Positions 15,174 to 23,785 of a DNA stretch of 37,813 nucleotides are shown here, in pieces. Position 1 is the stretch's first letter; each line of letters starts with the position of its first letter. The stretch lies in IMG/VR virus record IMGVR_UViG_3300017814_000003, positions 1-37,813 of that record, one strand, 5' to 3'. Both the position numbers and the translations under genes were made by a program. Source of the DNA: a virus. Under the pieces are notes generated by a model. The model ran no database searches. It worked only from the letters and a program-made list of their open reading frames with translations, and was not told where the DNA came from.

Positions 15174-15704
15174 TCATGCTCCTGTCTTTGGTGTATCTGC
15201 GAATACATACGCAGCTACTTCCTGCTGTGCAGCGGTCACCGTGACGTCTCCGTCTACTCCTGTGCCGTTGATTCCGAATGTCAGCGACTCTTCGACCATG
15301 TCTTCTGCGTTGGACTTCTGTTCAAGCTCTGTCAGATAGCCCTGGAAGTACTTGCCTTTAAATGTGTTGGCAGATGTACCAGGCCGCTCTAAGTTAGCTT
15401 CCCAGATCTCGATTATGCCGTCGCTGTCAAGCGCAGCTTCGAGCTTTCTTATCAGTTCATCATCCTTGGCCAGAATAGACGTGCATGTGATCTCTACCTC
15501 TGCCGCAGACGGAGTCCTTATAGACCCGTCCTTCGTGACCGTGCTGTCTGCATCCTTCGATACCTTGCGGCCGTTCTCCGTAACAAAAGCGAGAGCTGCG
15601 CCTGCTGCTGTAGCTGCTTCGCTCTTGACTCTGTAAAGATATACGATCTTTTTACCAGCCACCGCTTCAGCGAACAGCTGCAGATCGAACATTTCCTTTT
15701 TCAT
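15174..15704 (-). CDS. Major tail protein
   Basis: Lies before the chaperones, with strong RBS GGAGGA. 176 aa, similar to phi13-family tail proteins. The N-terminus carries MFDLQLFA. Confidence 0.8.
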   Translation of the reverse strand: MKKEMFDLQLFAEAVAGKKIVYLYRVKSEAATAAGAALAFVTENGRKVSKDADSTVTKDGSIRTPSAAEVEITCTSILAKDDELIRKLEAALDSDGIIEIWEANLERPGTSANTFKGKYFQGYLTELEQKSNAEDMVEESLTFGINGTGVDGDVTVTAAQQEVAAYVFADTPKTGA

Positions 15705-15713
15705 GTTTTCCTC

Positions 15714-16097
15714 CTAACTAAAGTAAAACCCCAGCTCCAGTATTCCATGGAGCAGAGGCTGTTTTGTTGTATTATCCGGAAGGATCCTCTGATTCACGTC
15801 CCGCAGACTCCATGCGAAGTTGCCGGTGTGTTCCAGGACTCTTGCCTTTTGTTTTATGACCAGCATCGCAGCTGATACAGTACCGCGTTTTTTTGGATCG
15901 TTGCTCCAGACATGTATGGTCTGGGTGACATTCCCGAACACCGCGGTCTTGTTTGCGTCGTCCGTCAGCTGGCTTTCGCCGAGATATACAAAAGGATACG
16001 GCGTATCATCTGGCGGAAGAGCTCCGTCGTACACATCGTACCCGAGTGCCTCGATCATAAGCTTAAGCTTCGTGAATAGCTCCTGCTGTGGATCCAT
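15714..16097 (-). CDS. Tail completion / tail terminator-like protein (DUF3168-like)
   Basis: Called on synteny and size. Motifs YDVYDGALP and PFVYLGE are typical of this family. Confidence 0.65.
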   Translation of the reverse strand: MDPQQELFTKLKLMIEALGYDVYDGALPPDDTPYPFVYLGESQLTDDANKTAVFGNVTQTIHVWSNDPKKRGTVSAAMLVIKQKARVLEHTGNFAWSLRDVNQRILPDNTTKQPLLHGILELGFYFS

Positions 16098-16106
16098 CTA
16101 CTCACC

Positions 16107-16457
16107 TCATTTCGTTAATTTTTGCATATCGGCCTTGAAAACGAGCTTCTGCTCTTCGAGTGCCGGACCGACGAACGGCTGCGCTTCCATGAATCGCGTA
16201 CCGTACTCAAGGTACGGGGCATATTCCGTGGTGGGGCCGGAAGAAGCACTTAACCCACCATCTTCGATGGTGAGATCTACACTTCGCTTCGTGGTCCCGG
16301 TCTGATACCCCTTCGTGAACTCCGCATTCTCCTGGATCTTTGTCTGGAGCTCTGCGCCGTTCTGCTTTACTACCCTTCGTACATCGTTCATCGTAGCGTT
16401 GGCCTTTAGCTTCTTCTGGAGTTTATCAAGCCCTTTTACCGATATGTCTCCCATCAC
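16107..16457 (-). CDS. HK97 gp10-family head-tail joining protein
   Basis: The motif TEYAPYLEYGTRFMEAQPF is characteristic of this family. Confidence 0.8.
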   Translation of the reverse strand: MMGDISVKGLDKLQKKLKANATMNDVRRVVKQNGAELQTKIQENAEFTKGYQTGTTKRSVDLTIEDGGLSASSGPTTEYAPYLEYGTRFMEAQPFVGPALEEQKLVFKADMQKLTK

Positions 16458-16756
16458 TGCACCTCCGATACATACAGCGTCTGCTTCGTCCTGAGACTGC
16501 GTTTCAGGTTCGCCATATAATTTTTCTCGCCTATACGGATATAGTCGAATACGCCATCATAGTGATTCTGCAGCTGGATCATTAGGCTGCCCTGACGGAT
16601 CTCTCCATAGAGCAGCTTCATAGTCTCCTCATTCATGTCCATGACCGATGCCATCTTCTCTGTCTCAACAGGATCTGCGGTGTCATAGTCTCCGGTTCCG
16701 GAGTTATACGTCGATGTTCCGTTTTTACAAAAGTAGATCTTCGTATCGTATCTCAT
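16454..16756 (-). CDS. Head closure / head-tail adaptor protein
   Basis: Called on synteny (overlapping start and stop codons on both sides) and on its size of 100 aa. Confidence 0.65.
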   Translation of the reverse strand: MRYDTKIYFCKNGTSTYNSGTGDYDTADPVETEKMASVMDMNEETMKLLYGEIRQGSLMIQLQNHYDGVFDYIRIGEKNYMANLKRSLRTKQTLYVSEVQ

Positions 16757-17076
16757 ATGAACCTCACCCTGCCCTTTTTCGGCGTGTCCTGTCGGGCGTT
16801 GTACGCATCGATATCCGCTGTATACGGAGCAAAGTCGTCATCCGACCACTGCATCGTCTCCCCTTCGACTGAATGGGACGATAGTCCTTCTGATCCGACA
16901 CGATTGAACCTGGCTATACAGACCTCTTCTTCGATATAGGCCAGCGCATCTGGTACCGTAGCCACACCTCCGAGCAGGTTCTTGAGCCTGCTCTCTGTGA
17001 TGGATATGATTTCAGTCAGCAGACCATCTTGCTGAGTATCCGTAAAGCCAAGCAGTTTCTTTATCTTTTCCAGCAT
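16753..17076 (-). CDS. gp6-like head-tail connector (DNA-packaging, QLRG-type) protein
   Basis: The N-terminus MLEKIKKLLGFTDTQQDGLLTEII...ESRLKNLL is typical. It is the first gene after the capsid block. Confidence 0.7.
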   Translation of the reverse strand: MLEKIKKLLGFTDTQQDGLLTEIISITESRLKNLLGGVATVPDALAYIEEEVCIARFNRVGSEGLSSHSVEGETMQWSDDDFAPYTADIDAYNARQDTPKKGRVRFI

Positions 17077-17088
17077 TCCGGCACCTCC

Positions 17089-17460
17089 TTACTTAGAGGC
17101 CTTCTTGCCTCCGGACTTTTTATCGGGGTCCTCAGGTGTTTCGCCCGTGCCTTCGCCTTCTGCAGGCGGTTCGCCGGTGCCTTCACCTTCTGCAGGTGGC
17201 TCTCCGGTGCCTTCACCTTCTGCAGGTGTTTCGCCGGTGGGAGGATCGTCGTTATCATCGACTACCTTATCGGCTGCCTCGATGATCGGTGTCCCGAATG
17301 CATTATTCCCGCCTGACAGTTCGTCGATACGTTCCTGAGAGGGCTTAAGGCCCTCTCTCGGATATGTATCGCCAACACTGTACTCGTGATATATCGGACC
17401 GCTCTTTGTCTTTTTATCCACATCCTGAAGGTCGTGGAAATGTATCAATACGTTATACAT
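17089..17460 (-). CDS. Hypothetical head-region protein with a C-terminal (PAEGEGTGE-x) x3 repeat
   Basis: RBS AAGGAGG present. Lies immediately downstream of the capsid gene. The C-terminal half is encoded by 30-bp tandem repeats. Confidence 0.6.
   Translation of the reverse strand: MYNVLIHFHDLQDVDKKTKSGPIYHEYSVGDTYPREGLKPSQERIDELSGGNNAFGTPIIEAADKVVDDNDDPPTGETPAEGEGTGEPPAEGEGTGEPPAEGEGTGETPEDPDKKSGGKKASK
17133..17240. repeat. Tandem repeat, about 3.6 copies of 30 bp
   Basis: Units run 17133..17162, 17163..17192 and 17193..17222, plus a partial copy. The copies differ by a few substitutions. Confidence 0.9.
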
Positions 17461-17477
17461 ATGTTAACCTCCTTGGT

Positions 17478-18401
17478 TTATGCTCCTGTAACAGTTACCT
17501 TTGCTACCGCAGCCTTGTTGTCAGGAAGGATATACTCGCCGGCTTTGCCTGCGCCCTGCAGAGCGACTCCGTCAAACTCTTCTGACTCGATGGTCCTGGC
17601 TGTCTCTATGCCGGTGAATGCCTTGCCTACTCCGGCTACGTAGGTATAGATCGCTTCGTTAGCCTGGAACATTCCTGTCGGTACCTTCTGGATCGTGAAC
17701 CCTTTGAAATCTGATATGGTGTTCTGGTCTATGTTTACGCTGGATCCCTTCGAAGAGGATGCGAGCCCGCTGTCTATGATAGCGTTCCATACGGCAGAAT
17801 TGACCTTTGCGAGTCTTGTTCCTGTAACTTCTGCATCAGTGTAGTAGGCGTCCAGCTGTGCGAGGATGTCAGCTACTGTGTCCTTGGTTATGGCTGCGCC
17901 TCCGGATATGGACTTACCTGCAGCGCCCGAGATGAACTTGCTGTGCCTCGCGTTGAACGTAGCTGTCTTTGCTCTTGCCTGGAGTTCCAGTCTGTCTGCT
18001 ATAGCTGAATCGAAGTCGTTGTTCACGGTGTGACGATCGATTCCTTCGTGGAACACCCACTCCCAGGAATAATCTACCGGTGTGTCAGTGTAGATAACTT
18101 CAGTTCTGTTTCCGAATCTGCTGCCGGTGCCTGTTCCCGTGCCCATAGCCGTATTGGCGTCTTTGTTGTACGCCGTTCCTACCACTACCGGGATATCCGA
18201 TGTCTTGACATAGAATGCGGTAGCGTTATTCTGGATCCCATCAAGCGCCTCGATACTTCCGCCGAAGAAGTCCGCAAAGTATGACTGTTTCGCGAACACG
18301 ACCTGGAGCAGCTGCTTGAACTCTTTCTGATATGATCTTACCGGAAGATCTTCGTTGTTTCCTGCAGCGAACATCTGCAGATCAAATATTTTTTTATCCA
18401 T
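17478..18401 (-). CDS. Major capsid protein
   Basis: 307 aa, between scaffold and connector genes. The N-terminus MDKKIFDLQMFA-AGN carries the Prp/L27-type cleavage motif. Confidence 0.8.
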   Translation of the reverse strand: MDKKIFDLQMFAAGNNEDLPVRSYQKEFKQLLQVVFAKQSYFADFFGGSIEALDGIQNNATAFYVKTSDIPVVVGTAYNKDANTAMGTGTGTGSRFGNRTEVIYTDTPVDYSWEWVFHEGIDRHTVNNDFDSAIADRLELQARAKTATFNARHSKFISGAAGKSISGGAAITKDTVADILAQLDAYYTDAEVTGTRLAKVNSAVWNAIIDSGLASSSKGSSVNIDQNTISDFKGFTIQKVPTGMFQANEAIYTYVAGVGKAFTGIETARTIESEEFDGVALQGAGKAGEYILPDNKAAVAKVTVTGA

Positions 18402-18416
18402 TTTTTGATTCCTTTC

Positions 18417-19010
18417 TTATTTGTATTTAGCAATCCGCCTGTCGATCTCCGACATCTCGTTGCCATTGTTACCGTACTTTCTGGGCGTCTTCCCAGTCGC
18501 CCTTTCTATCTCAGCCGCTTTGAGCTGAGCTTCCACGATCGCAACAAACTTGTCGATGTTGGCCTTGGTAGCTTCCGCATCAGCGCCTACTACAAAATCG
18601 AGCATGTCCTGAGTGGCGTCGATGTTCTTCTCCTTCAGGAGTGATGTCGCTGTCTTGCCGAGCTCCACTTTCATGGCGTTGGCCTTGAGTTCATCGTTCT
18701 CCTTCTGCAGCTTCTCCATCTCATACTGCTGCTTCTGGTCAGCATTCATCTTGGCCAGCTTAGCTGCTTCTTCCTTGGCAGTCTTGAGTTCCTTTTCCTG
18801 CTTCTCTTTCCAGGCTGCGTACTTCTTCTCGACGATCTTGTCCACGTCTTTATCGCTGTACTTCTTATCGTCTCCAGATTTAGGCTCCTTCGGGTCTTCC
18901 GGGTCTTTCGGGTCTTTAGGATCCTCCGGGTCCTTCGGGTCTTCCGGGTCCTTCGGATCCTCTGCGAACAGCTGCAGGTTCCATGTCTTCTTAAGTTTGT
19001 TTTTGATCAT
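18417..19010 (-). CDS. Scaffolding protein
   Basis: RBS GGAGGT lies 7 nt upstream of ATG 19010. The N-terminus is MIKNKLKKTWNLQLFA-EDP. It has an (EDPKDP)n acidic repeat and then a long coiled coil. The ORF-track start at 19109 overlaps the prp gene. Confidence 0.75.
   Translation of the reverse strand: MIKNKLKKTWNLQLFAEDPKDPEDPKDPEDPKDPKDPEDPKEPKSGDDKKYSDKDVDKIVEKKYAAWKEKQEKELKTAKEEAAKLAKMNADQKQQYEMEKLQKENDELKANAMKVELGKTATSLLKEKNIDATQDMLDFVVGADAEATKANIDKFVAIVEAQLKAAEIERATGKTPRKYGNNGNEMSEIDRRIAKYK
18886..18963. repeat. Short tandem repeat (9/18-bp units) encoding EDPKDP repeats
   Basis: The pattern cttcgggtcttccgggtc is reiterated. Confidence 0.85.
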
Positions 19011-19071
19011 AATATTTACCTCCATGTTTTTAGTTACGTCTCCCGACTCGAATCCCCTTGTTTTAACGCCG

Positions 19072-19410
19072 TCAAGGCTTCGGCACATCCTCCCGGATGA
19101 TTTGTACATTATCGGGGTAGCTTTCGGCTATCCCGTTTATGCCAATAAAAAAAGCCCTCTCAAGAAGGATTGTTTTCTCAGAAGGGATTTCTTCGTATTC
19201 AATGTCCGTATATCCGGACTTCAAAGTGTAGTTTATCTTGTCCAAGGTCAAGCGTTCGACCGACGCTATGAACGTCTGCACGAGCGCTGATACCGCGCTG
19301 CAGACTATGTCCTCTCCAGGCGGAGCATATCCGCTGTGGCCTGTCACCATGATATGACCATCTCCGATCGTTACTGTGATCATTTTTTCTTCTTTCCGCC
19401 TTTCTTGCAT
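19072..19410 (-). CDS. prp: Prp-like ribosomal-processing cysteine protease homologue (DUF464 family)
   Basis: MITVTIGDGHIMVTGHSGYAPPGEDIVCSAVSAL matches the Prp signature (GH.G ... DIVC.A.S), with the catalytic His and Cys present. An alternative start at 19383 (MITV) is possible. Confidence 0.75.
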   Translation of the reverse strand: MQERRKEEKMITVTIGDGHIMVTGHSGYAPPGEDIVCSAVSALVQTFIASVERLTLDKINYTLKSGYTDIEYEEIPSEKTILLERAFFIGINGIAESYPDNVQIIREDVPKP

Positions 19411-19438
19411 CCCATGTTCTCACCTCCCTTGAAATTCG

Positions 19439-20434
19439 TTACTTTTGCGTTTCTTGTTTTGCACCTCTTTGCCCATTACCGCTCCACTCTTCAAAACTGC
19501 CGTTAAAACTCCCGTCATTTTTAGCGTTGAGCCAGTCGTCATACTCTTTTCTGCCCGAGTATGCCGATGTGCTGCATCTGCAGTTCGGATGCATAGGCGG
19601 AGCATTCTCACCCGGCATCATCTTATCGACGGGGAAGTGCTTGCCGTCAATCGCCCTGCATATATCGCAGGCGTTGCCGAGTGCCAGGAACTGGTACTCA
19701 GTGAAGCCGTTCTCCTTGAAACTCTGCATCTGTGCTTCTGTCTGGACGCGTGCCATCTCTGTCCGCATCAGCCTTTCAGCATTATACTGGCTGGATCCGA
19801 ACGTCTTCCGGATGTCCTGGGCGAGCACTCTCGGGTTCTTGCCCTGGATAAGCCCCGTCTTCACATTCTTGCCTATGGCGTCTCTCAACAGATCCTGGTG
19901 CATCCATATGCGGTCAGAGAACTTGGCGTTATGAAAGGATCCATTCACGATCGCATCGGCCTTTTTGCTGTTGTCCATGATCGTCTTGCCGAGGATCCCG
20001 GACTGCCGCCTGAACTCATCAAGGGTACGACTGGTAAGCTTATCACCGAAATACTTGCCCATATTCTCGAATCCGTCTACGAGATGCATCCCGATGTTCG
20101 CCTTCAGGAGCTCCAGCCTGTTGACCTTCATGGTCATGTTGTAAATGCGCATCTCATCGTTAGCTTCTTTCGACAGATCACGCGATGCGACATACTTCTT
20201 GGCTTTGGCGCTGTAGGCGTCCATGTCAAGCTGAGAGGCACGTTTTTTCGCCTCTGATATCGATATGCCTTCCTTCGCCGCATATTTGCCGTAAAAGGCG
20301 TCTATCTCCTTCTGAACGTCCGCCATCGTACTGTCGTATATTTTTTTTATCTCTTTGTCGTACTCCTTCTGATCGCGGATATCCTTAAGACGCTGTTCCG
20401 CTTCCCTTTTCTTCCAGTACGTTAGACTGTCCAT
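19439..20434 (-). CDS. Head morphogenesis protein, SPP1 gp7 / Mu F family
   Basis: NAERLMRTEMARVQTEA and the C-terminal PPMHPNCRCST are hallmark motifs. Confidence 0.9.
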   Translation of the reverse strand: MDSLTYWKKREAEQRLKDIRDQKEYDKEIKKIYDSTMADVQKEIDAFYGKYAAKEGISISEAKKRASQLDMDAYSAKAKKYVASRDLSKEANDEMRIYNMTMKVNRLELLKANIGMHLVDGFENMGKYFGDKLTSRTLDEFRRQSGILGKTIMDNSKKADAIVNGSFHNAKFSDRIWMHQDLLRDAIGKNVKTGLIQGKNPRVLAQDIRKTFGSSQYNAERLMRTEMARVQTEAQMQSFKENGFTEYQFLALGNACDICRAIDGKHFPVDKMMPGENAPPMHPNCRCSTSAYSGRKEYDDWLNAKNDGSFNGSFEEWSGNGQRGAKQETQK

Positions 20435-21791
20435 CCGTTACCTCGCTTCCGCCGAAGCTGCTTACCGCTGCGCTCTGGCTGTCCTTGTTCTCCTTGTCGA
20501 TGGCCTTTATCTCTTCCTTCGGATCCTCGACTATCGACAGTAGCTGCAGCTGTGTCTCATGAGATACTATTCCTTCGACTGCCTGAGCAGTCTGAGCTTC
20601 TTCCAGACGATTCTTCGGCAGGTTCCGGGATGTAGTGATCTCTATATCCCGCCATGCGTCCTTGTTGGCCACGTTGGTAGAAAGGCTGCAGAAGATCTTG
20701 TATCTCTTCCGCAGCGACTTCTCGATCTTCCTGTCGAACGTCAGCGCCAGGTTGCTCATGGCCTGCAGCTTATACGCAAGTGCAGTTCCGGATGTGGCGC
20801 TGCCAAACGACTCATCGCTGATGTTCGCCACCATAGATGTCTGATATATAAGATTCTCAAGGCGGTCCAGCAGGTTCTCCTGCGTGCCATCTGCGGTCGG
20901 CTTCTGCAGGAATTGCACGAGTACGTCCTTTGCATCATCAGTGCCGTACAGGTTGATCACTCTGTTGTCCCTGATCTTATAAATTCCTTCGTCGTCCAGT
21001 TCAGCGCCGAGGACCGCGAGGTACGCCTCTGCGAAAGCATCCACGTCGTTGGCCTTCTCACCAATCGTATGGTTATATGCTTCTACAAGTCCAGCAACGG
21101 TCTCGTACAGGCCCATCCTTTCATCGTTCAGCCTCCATTCGATCACAGGGATGTATCCGTATGGATTCGTAGCGATATCGTGTTTGTCTCCGCCGTCGAA
21201 CGGCTCCAGACTTTCCCTGGTGAGGATCTCTCCGTACATCCTGCCCAGCTGATCAGTCTCGTCTGTATGATAGCCGTATCTGACAGCGAACAGCGCTCTG
21301 CTCTTGACCGTATCGTCGTAGACCACGAACACTTCCTTCGGGGTACACGCTGTCAGTTTGGTCTTTGTATCTTCGTCCTGATAGATGTATTCGAAAGCGT
21401 GGCCGTATATGCAGCACTTCTTGATCATCTCCGACTCATGGTCGGAGATCTCGTTGTCCCGTCCAAAGGTCTGTATGGCCTCGTTGACAGCATCGTCCGG
21501 AGATGACACCTTGATAGGGATGCCGTAGCCGTATCCAGAGAACGTCTCGGTGATGTATCTCGGGAAGTTGACCGCCAGTCTGTTGTCCGGCTTCCAGTCT
21601 TCCTTCTCAGGCTGCTTATAGACGTCATGGAAGCCTTTGTACAGGTTCTCCAGGTATTCATATCTGAGCAGCCTCGTCTCGTGCTTCCTGACGTACTCCT
21701 GCATCAGTTCGATGCTGACCCCGCTGCCCGTCTTGGCCGGATCGCATGTCAGCGGTTCCGGAAGTTTATATGGTCTTTTTCTATCGCTCAT
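20385..21791 (-). CDS. Portal protein (SPP1 gp6-like)
   Basis: 468 aa, directly after TerL with a 1-nt overlap. The overall sequence is portal-like. Confidence 0.85.
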   Translation of the reverse strand: MSDRKRPYKLPEPLTCDPAKTGSGVSIELMQEYVRKHETRLLRYEYLENLYKGFHDVYKQPEKEDWKPDNRLAVNFPRYITETFSGYGYGIPIKVSSPDDAVNEAIQTFGRDNEISDHESEMIKKCCIYGHAFEYIYQDEDTKTKLTACTPKEVFVVYDDTVKSRALFAVRYGYHTDETDQLGRMYGEILTRESLEPFDGGDKHDIATNPYGYIPVIEWRLNDERMGLYETVAGLVEAYNHTIGEKANDVDAFAEAYLAVLGAELDDEGIYKIRDNRVINLYGTDDAKDVLVQFLQKPTADGTQENLLDRLENLIYQTSMVANISDESFGSATSGTALAYKLQAMSNLALTFDRKIEKSLRKRYKIFCSLSTNVANKDAWRDIEITTSRNLPKNRLEEAQTAQAVEGIVSHETQLQLLSIVEDPKEEIKAIDKENKDSQSAAVSSFGGSEVTDGQSNVLEEKGSGTAS

Positions 21792-23194
21792 TAAATACCT
21801 CCCTTGAAGGTTTTGACTTTCACTTTAGCGTTGGCGTACATCTCGGCTACTCCTGTGGTTGCGTCTGGAGCATCGTCGTGCGCGTTCTTGCCCTCACGCT
21901 GGAATTTATTCATTGCATCATGATATTCCGGCCATTTATCTTTCCAGTTGACCGGATAGTATATATGATCCATGACCCATGTGCTGTTAGACAGGATCCT
22001 CGCGAGCTTGTTCTTGCTCTGGTGGAACCAGCGGATATGGCATCTGTTATCTTTCAGATCCTCTTCCAGATGCCGCTTCACGTTCCTGGCATATCCACGG
22101 CCGCCGTTGTTGCTTTCGATATCTGCCCACGATACCTCGTCCCTATGCATCATCATGGCCTGCGCCGGCTCAGTGATCTCCATAGGATCCTTGGTGAACA
22201 GGATGTCGAGCACGTACACCTCATCGTTCCAGACAAGGTAGTCTATGCTGCACAGATAGTCACTGCCTTCATCGGCTGTATCAGTGTAATTCTTTATCGC
22301 CGTGAATATAACGTTCTCGTTCTCGTCTTTCGGCAGCTCCGTATATGTCTTGAACCTGGTGTACAGCTTGCCCTTGATATCTATCGGCGTCTGCTGATAG
22401 TTGGCTTCCCGAATATCCGGGTTCATGTTCCTGGTCTTGAACTGGTACTCTTCGTAAGTCAGCACTGAAGGGCAAAGCATCCTGCCTTTATCCAGGGCCT
22501 TATAGCTCACGCTCTGCACGTCATCGTAGTTCGCGATCAGGTGACCGGTCAGATCCTTTGTAGCCCATCTGGTCATGAATACTATGATCTTGAACCCTGA
22601 CTCAGTACGCTGCATCATAGTATTCTCGAACCAGTCGATATTTGCCTGCAGGCGCTCCTCGTTATAAGCCTCTTCAGCTGTCTTGATCAGGTCATCTATG
22701 ATCATGTAGTCACATCCGAAGCCTGTCGATGTGCCCCCAGGAGATGTAGCAAGATAGTTGCTTTCCTCGCTTCCTTCGAGCGCCCACTGTTTCATGGAAG
22801 CCTCGCCGTACTTTATCCTGGTCTTGGGGAAGATGTCGCTGTAGACTATGTTCTTGTCGGCCTTCTCGGCCGCGATCGTATTCCTTACCTGCCGGGAAAA
22901 GCTGCTGGACAGTATCTCGTTATAAGTCCCAATCATGGCCTTCAAGCGAGGATCCTCACCAAGCAGCCACTCTGTCAGATTCACTCCGGTCCTGCTCTTA
23001 CCATGTCTTGGCGGCATGGCCACCGTCATGATCTTATGCGGCCCTTCGATGAACTCCTGTAGCGCTTTGCACAGATTTACCAGATACTCTCTGTCTTCCC
23101 TGTAGAAGTCAGGAGCCATAAGGTTACAGTATGAAAAGAACTCGCGTCTTGCGAGTTCCATTTTTGCCCCCTGGATTATCAGTTCTCTATCCAT
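21791..23194 (-). CDS. terL: Terminase large subunit
   Basis: Walker A-like MPPRHGKS, a DDLIK Walker B-like motif, and a C-terminal nuclease region with HDDAPDA. Confidence 0.9.
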   Translation of the reverse strand: MDRELIIQGAKMELARREFFSYCNLMAPDFYREDREYLVNLCKALQEFIEGPHKIMTVAMPPRHGKSRTGVNLTEWLLGEDPRLKAMIGTYNEILSSSFSRQVRNTIAAEKADKNIVYSDIFPKTRIKYGEASMKQWALEGSEESNYLATSPGGTSTGFGCDYMIIDDLIKTAEEAYNEERLQANIDWFENTMMQRTESGFKIIVFMTRWATKDLTGHLIANYDDVQSVSYKALDKGRMLCPSVLTYEEYQFKTRNMNPDIREANYQQTPIDIKGKLYTRFKTYTELPKDENENVIFTAIKNYTDTADEGSDYLCSIDYLVWNDEVYVLDILFTKDPMEITEPAQAMMMHRDEVSWADIESNNGGRGYARNVKRHLEEDLKDNRCHIRWFHQSKNKLARILSNSTWVMDHIYYPVNWKDKWPEYHDAMNKFQREGKNAHDDAPDATTGVAEMYANAKVKVKTFKGGI

Positions 23195-23642
23195 TCCTGA
23201 TCAGCTTCTTCAGTTCTTCTGTGGACAGACTCTTGAACGGATTGTTGATCTCGCCATCGACATTTATGTCCTTGCGGTCCCGCCACTCTTTCGGCTTTCT
23301 GTTCTTCAGCCAGAAGATCTGCGCTGTCGTATCCGGTACCACTTCCTTCACAGTCTCCCGGATCTTACGCCCGTCGTCCGACTCCTCGACCATAGTCTCG
23401 GTATATTTATAGCCAAGTGCGCGTTTCAGCAGCGCGTTCTCAACCTGGACGTCTACCACGTCCTTGCCCTTTTTTAAGGTGTCTTGAATGTCTTGATACC
23501 TTTGTTTCCACACCTGCAAAGTAGAGTACCCGATACCCATGTTATGCGCTATCTGTTCATCAGTCAGGCCGTCTCTTGCCCAGCCTTCTATCTTCAGCAA
23601 GCCTTCTGGCGTCAGCCAGGCTTGATACTTGCCCTTTGCCAT
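23187..23642 (-). CDS. terS: Terminase small subunit
   Basis: RBS AGGTGG lies 8 nt before ATG 23642. It has an N-terminal HTH (GLTDEQIAHNMGIGYSTLQVW) and overlaps terL. Confidence 0.75.
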   Translation of the reverse strand: MAKGKYQAWLTPEGLLKIEGWARDGLTDEQIAHNMGIGYSTLQVWKQRYQDIQDTLKKGKDVVDVQVENALLKRALGYKYTETMVEESDDGRKIRETVKEVVPDTTAQIFWLKNRKPKEWRDRKDINVDGEINNPFKSLSTEELKKLIRNG

Positions 23643-23669
23643 ATGGCTCACCACCTATCTACTAAACAC

Positions 23670-23695
23670 AAAACCACCCGAACGGCTTCAGGTGG
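23670..23695 (-). terminator. Strong hairpin plus U-tract in the leader of the packaging/late operon
   Basis: The minus strand reads CCACCTGAA-gccg-TTCGGGTGG-TTTTgtgttt, ending about 28 nt upstream of the terS start codon. Confidence 0.55.
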
Positions 23696-23785
23696 TCCCG
23701 TGCAATGTATTTTAAAAAAGAGGATTATAGATATAGTTTTCACGAATACATTAAACCACAGTTTTTATGACGTTTGTGACGCACT

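Noticed and set aside
19411-19438. An 11-codon mini-ORF (MGCKKGGKKKK) with a good GGGAGG RBS, ending in an ATGA overlap with the MITV start of the Prp-like gene.
   Set aside because: It is too short to support as a gene. It may simply reflect the RBS and leader of the Prp gene. I note it only as a reason why the Prp start (19410 or 19383) is uncertain.
20559-22468. Long plus-strand ORFs antisense to the portal and terminase genes (20559..21506, 21746..22468). Similar ones lie opposite the HNH, SNF2, PolA and DUF2800 genes.
   Set aside because: All lie inside strongly supported minus-strand genes with recognisable motifs. They lack RBS and start context and have Arg/Leu/Ser-rich composition typical of antisense frames.
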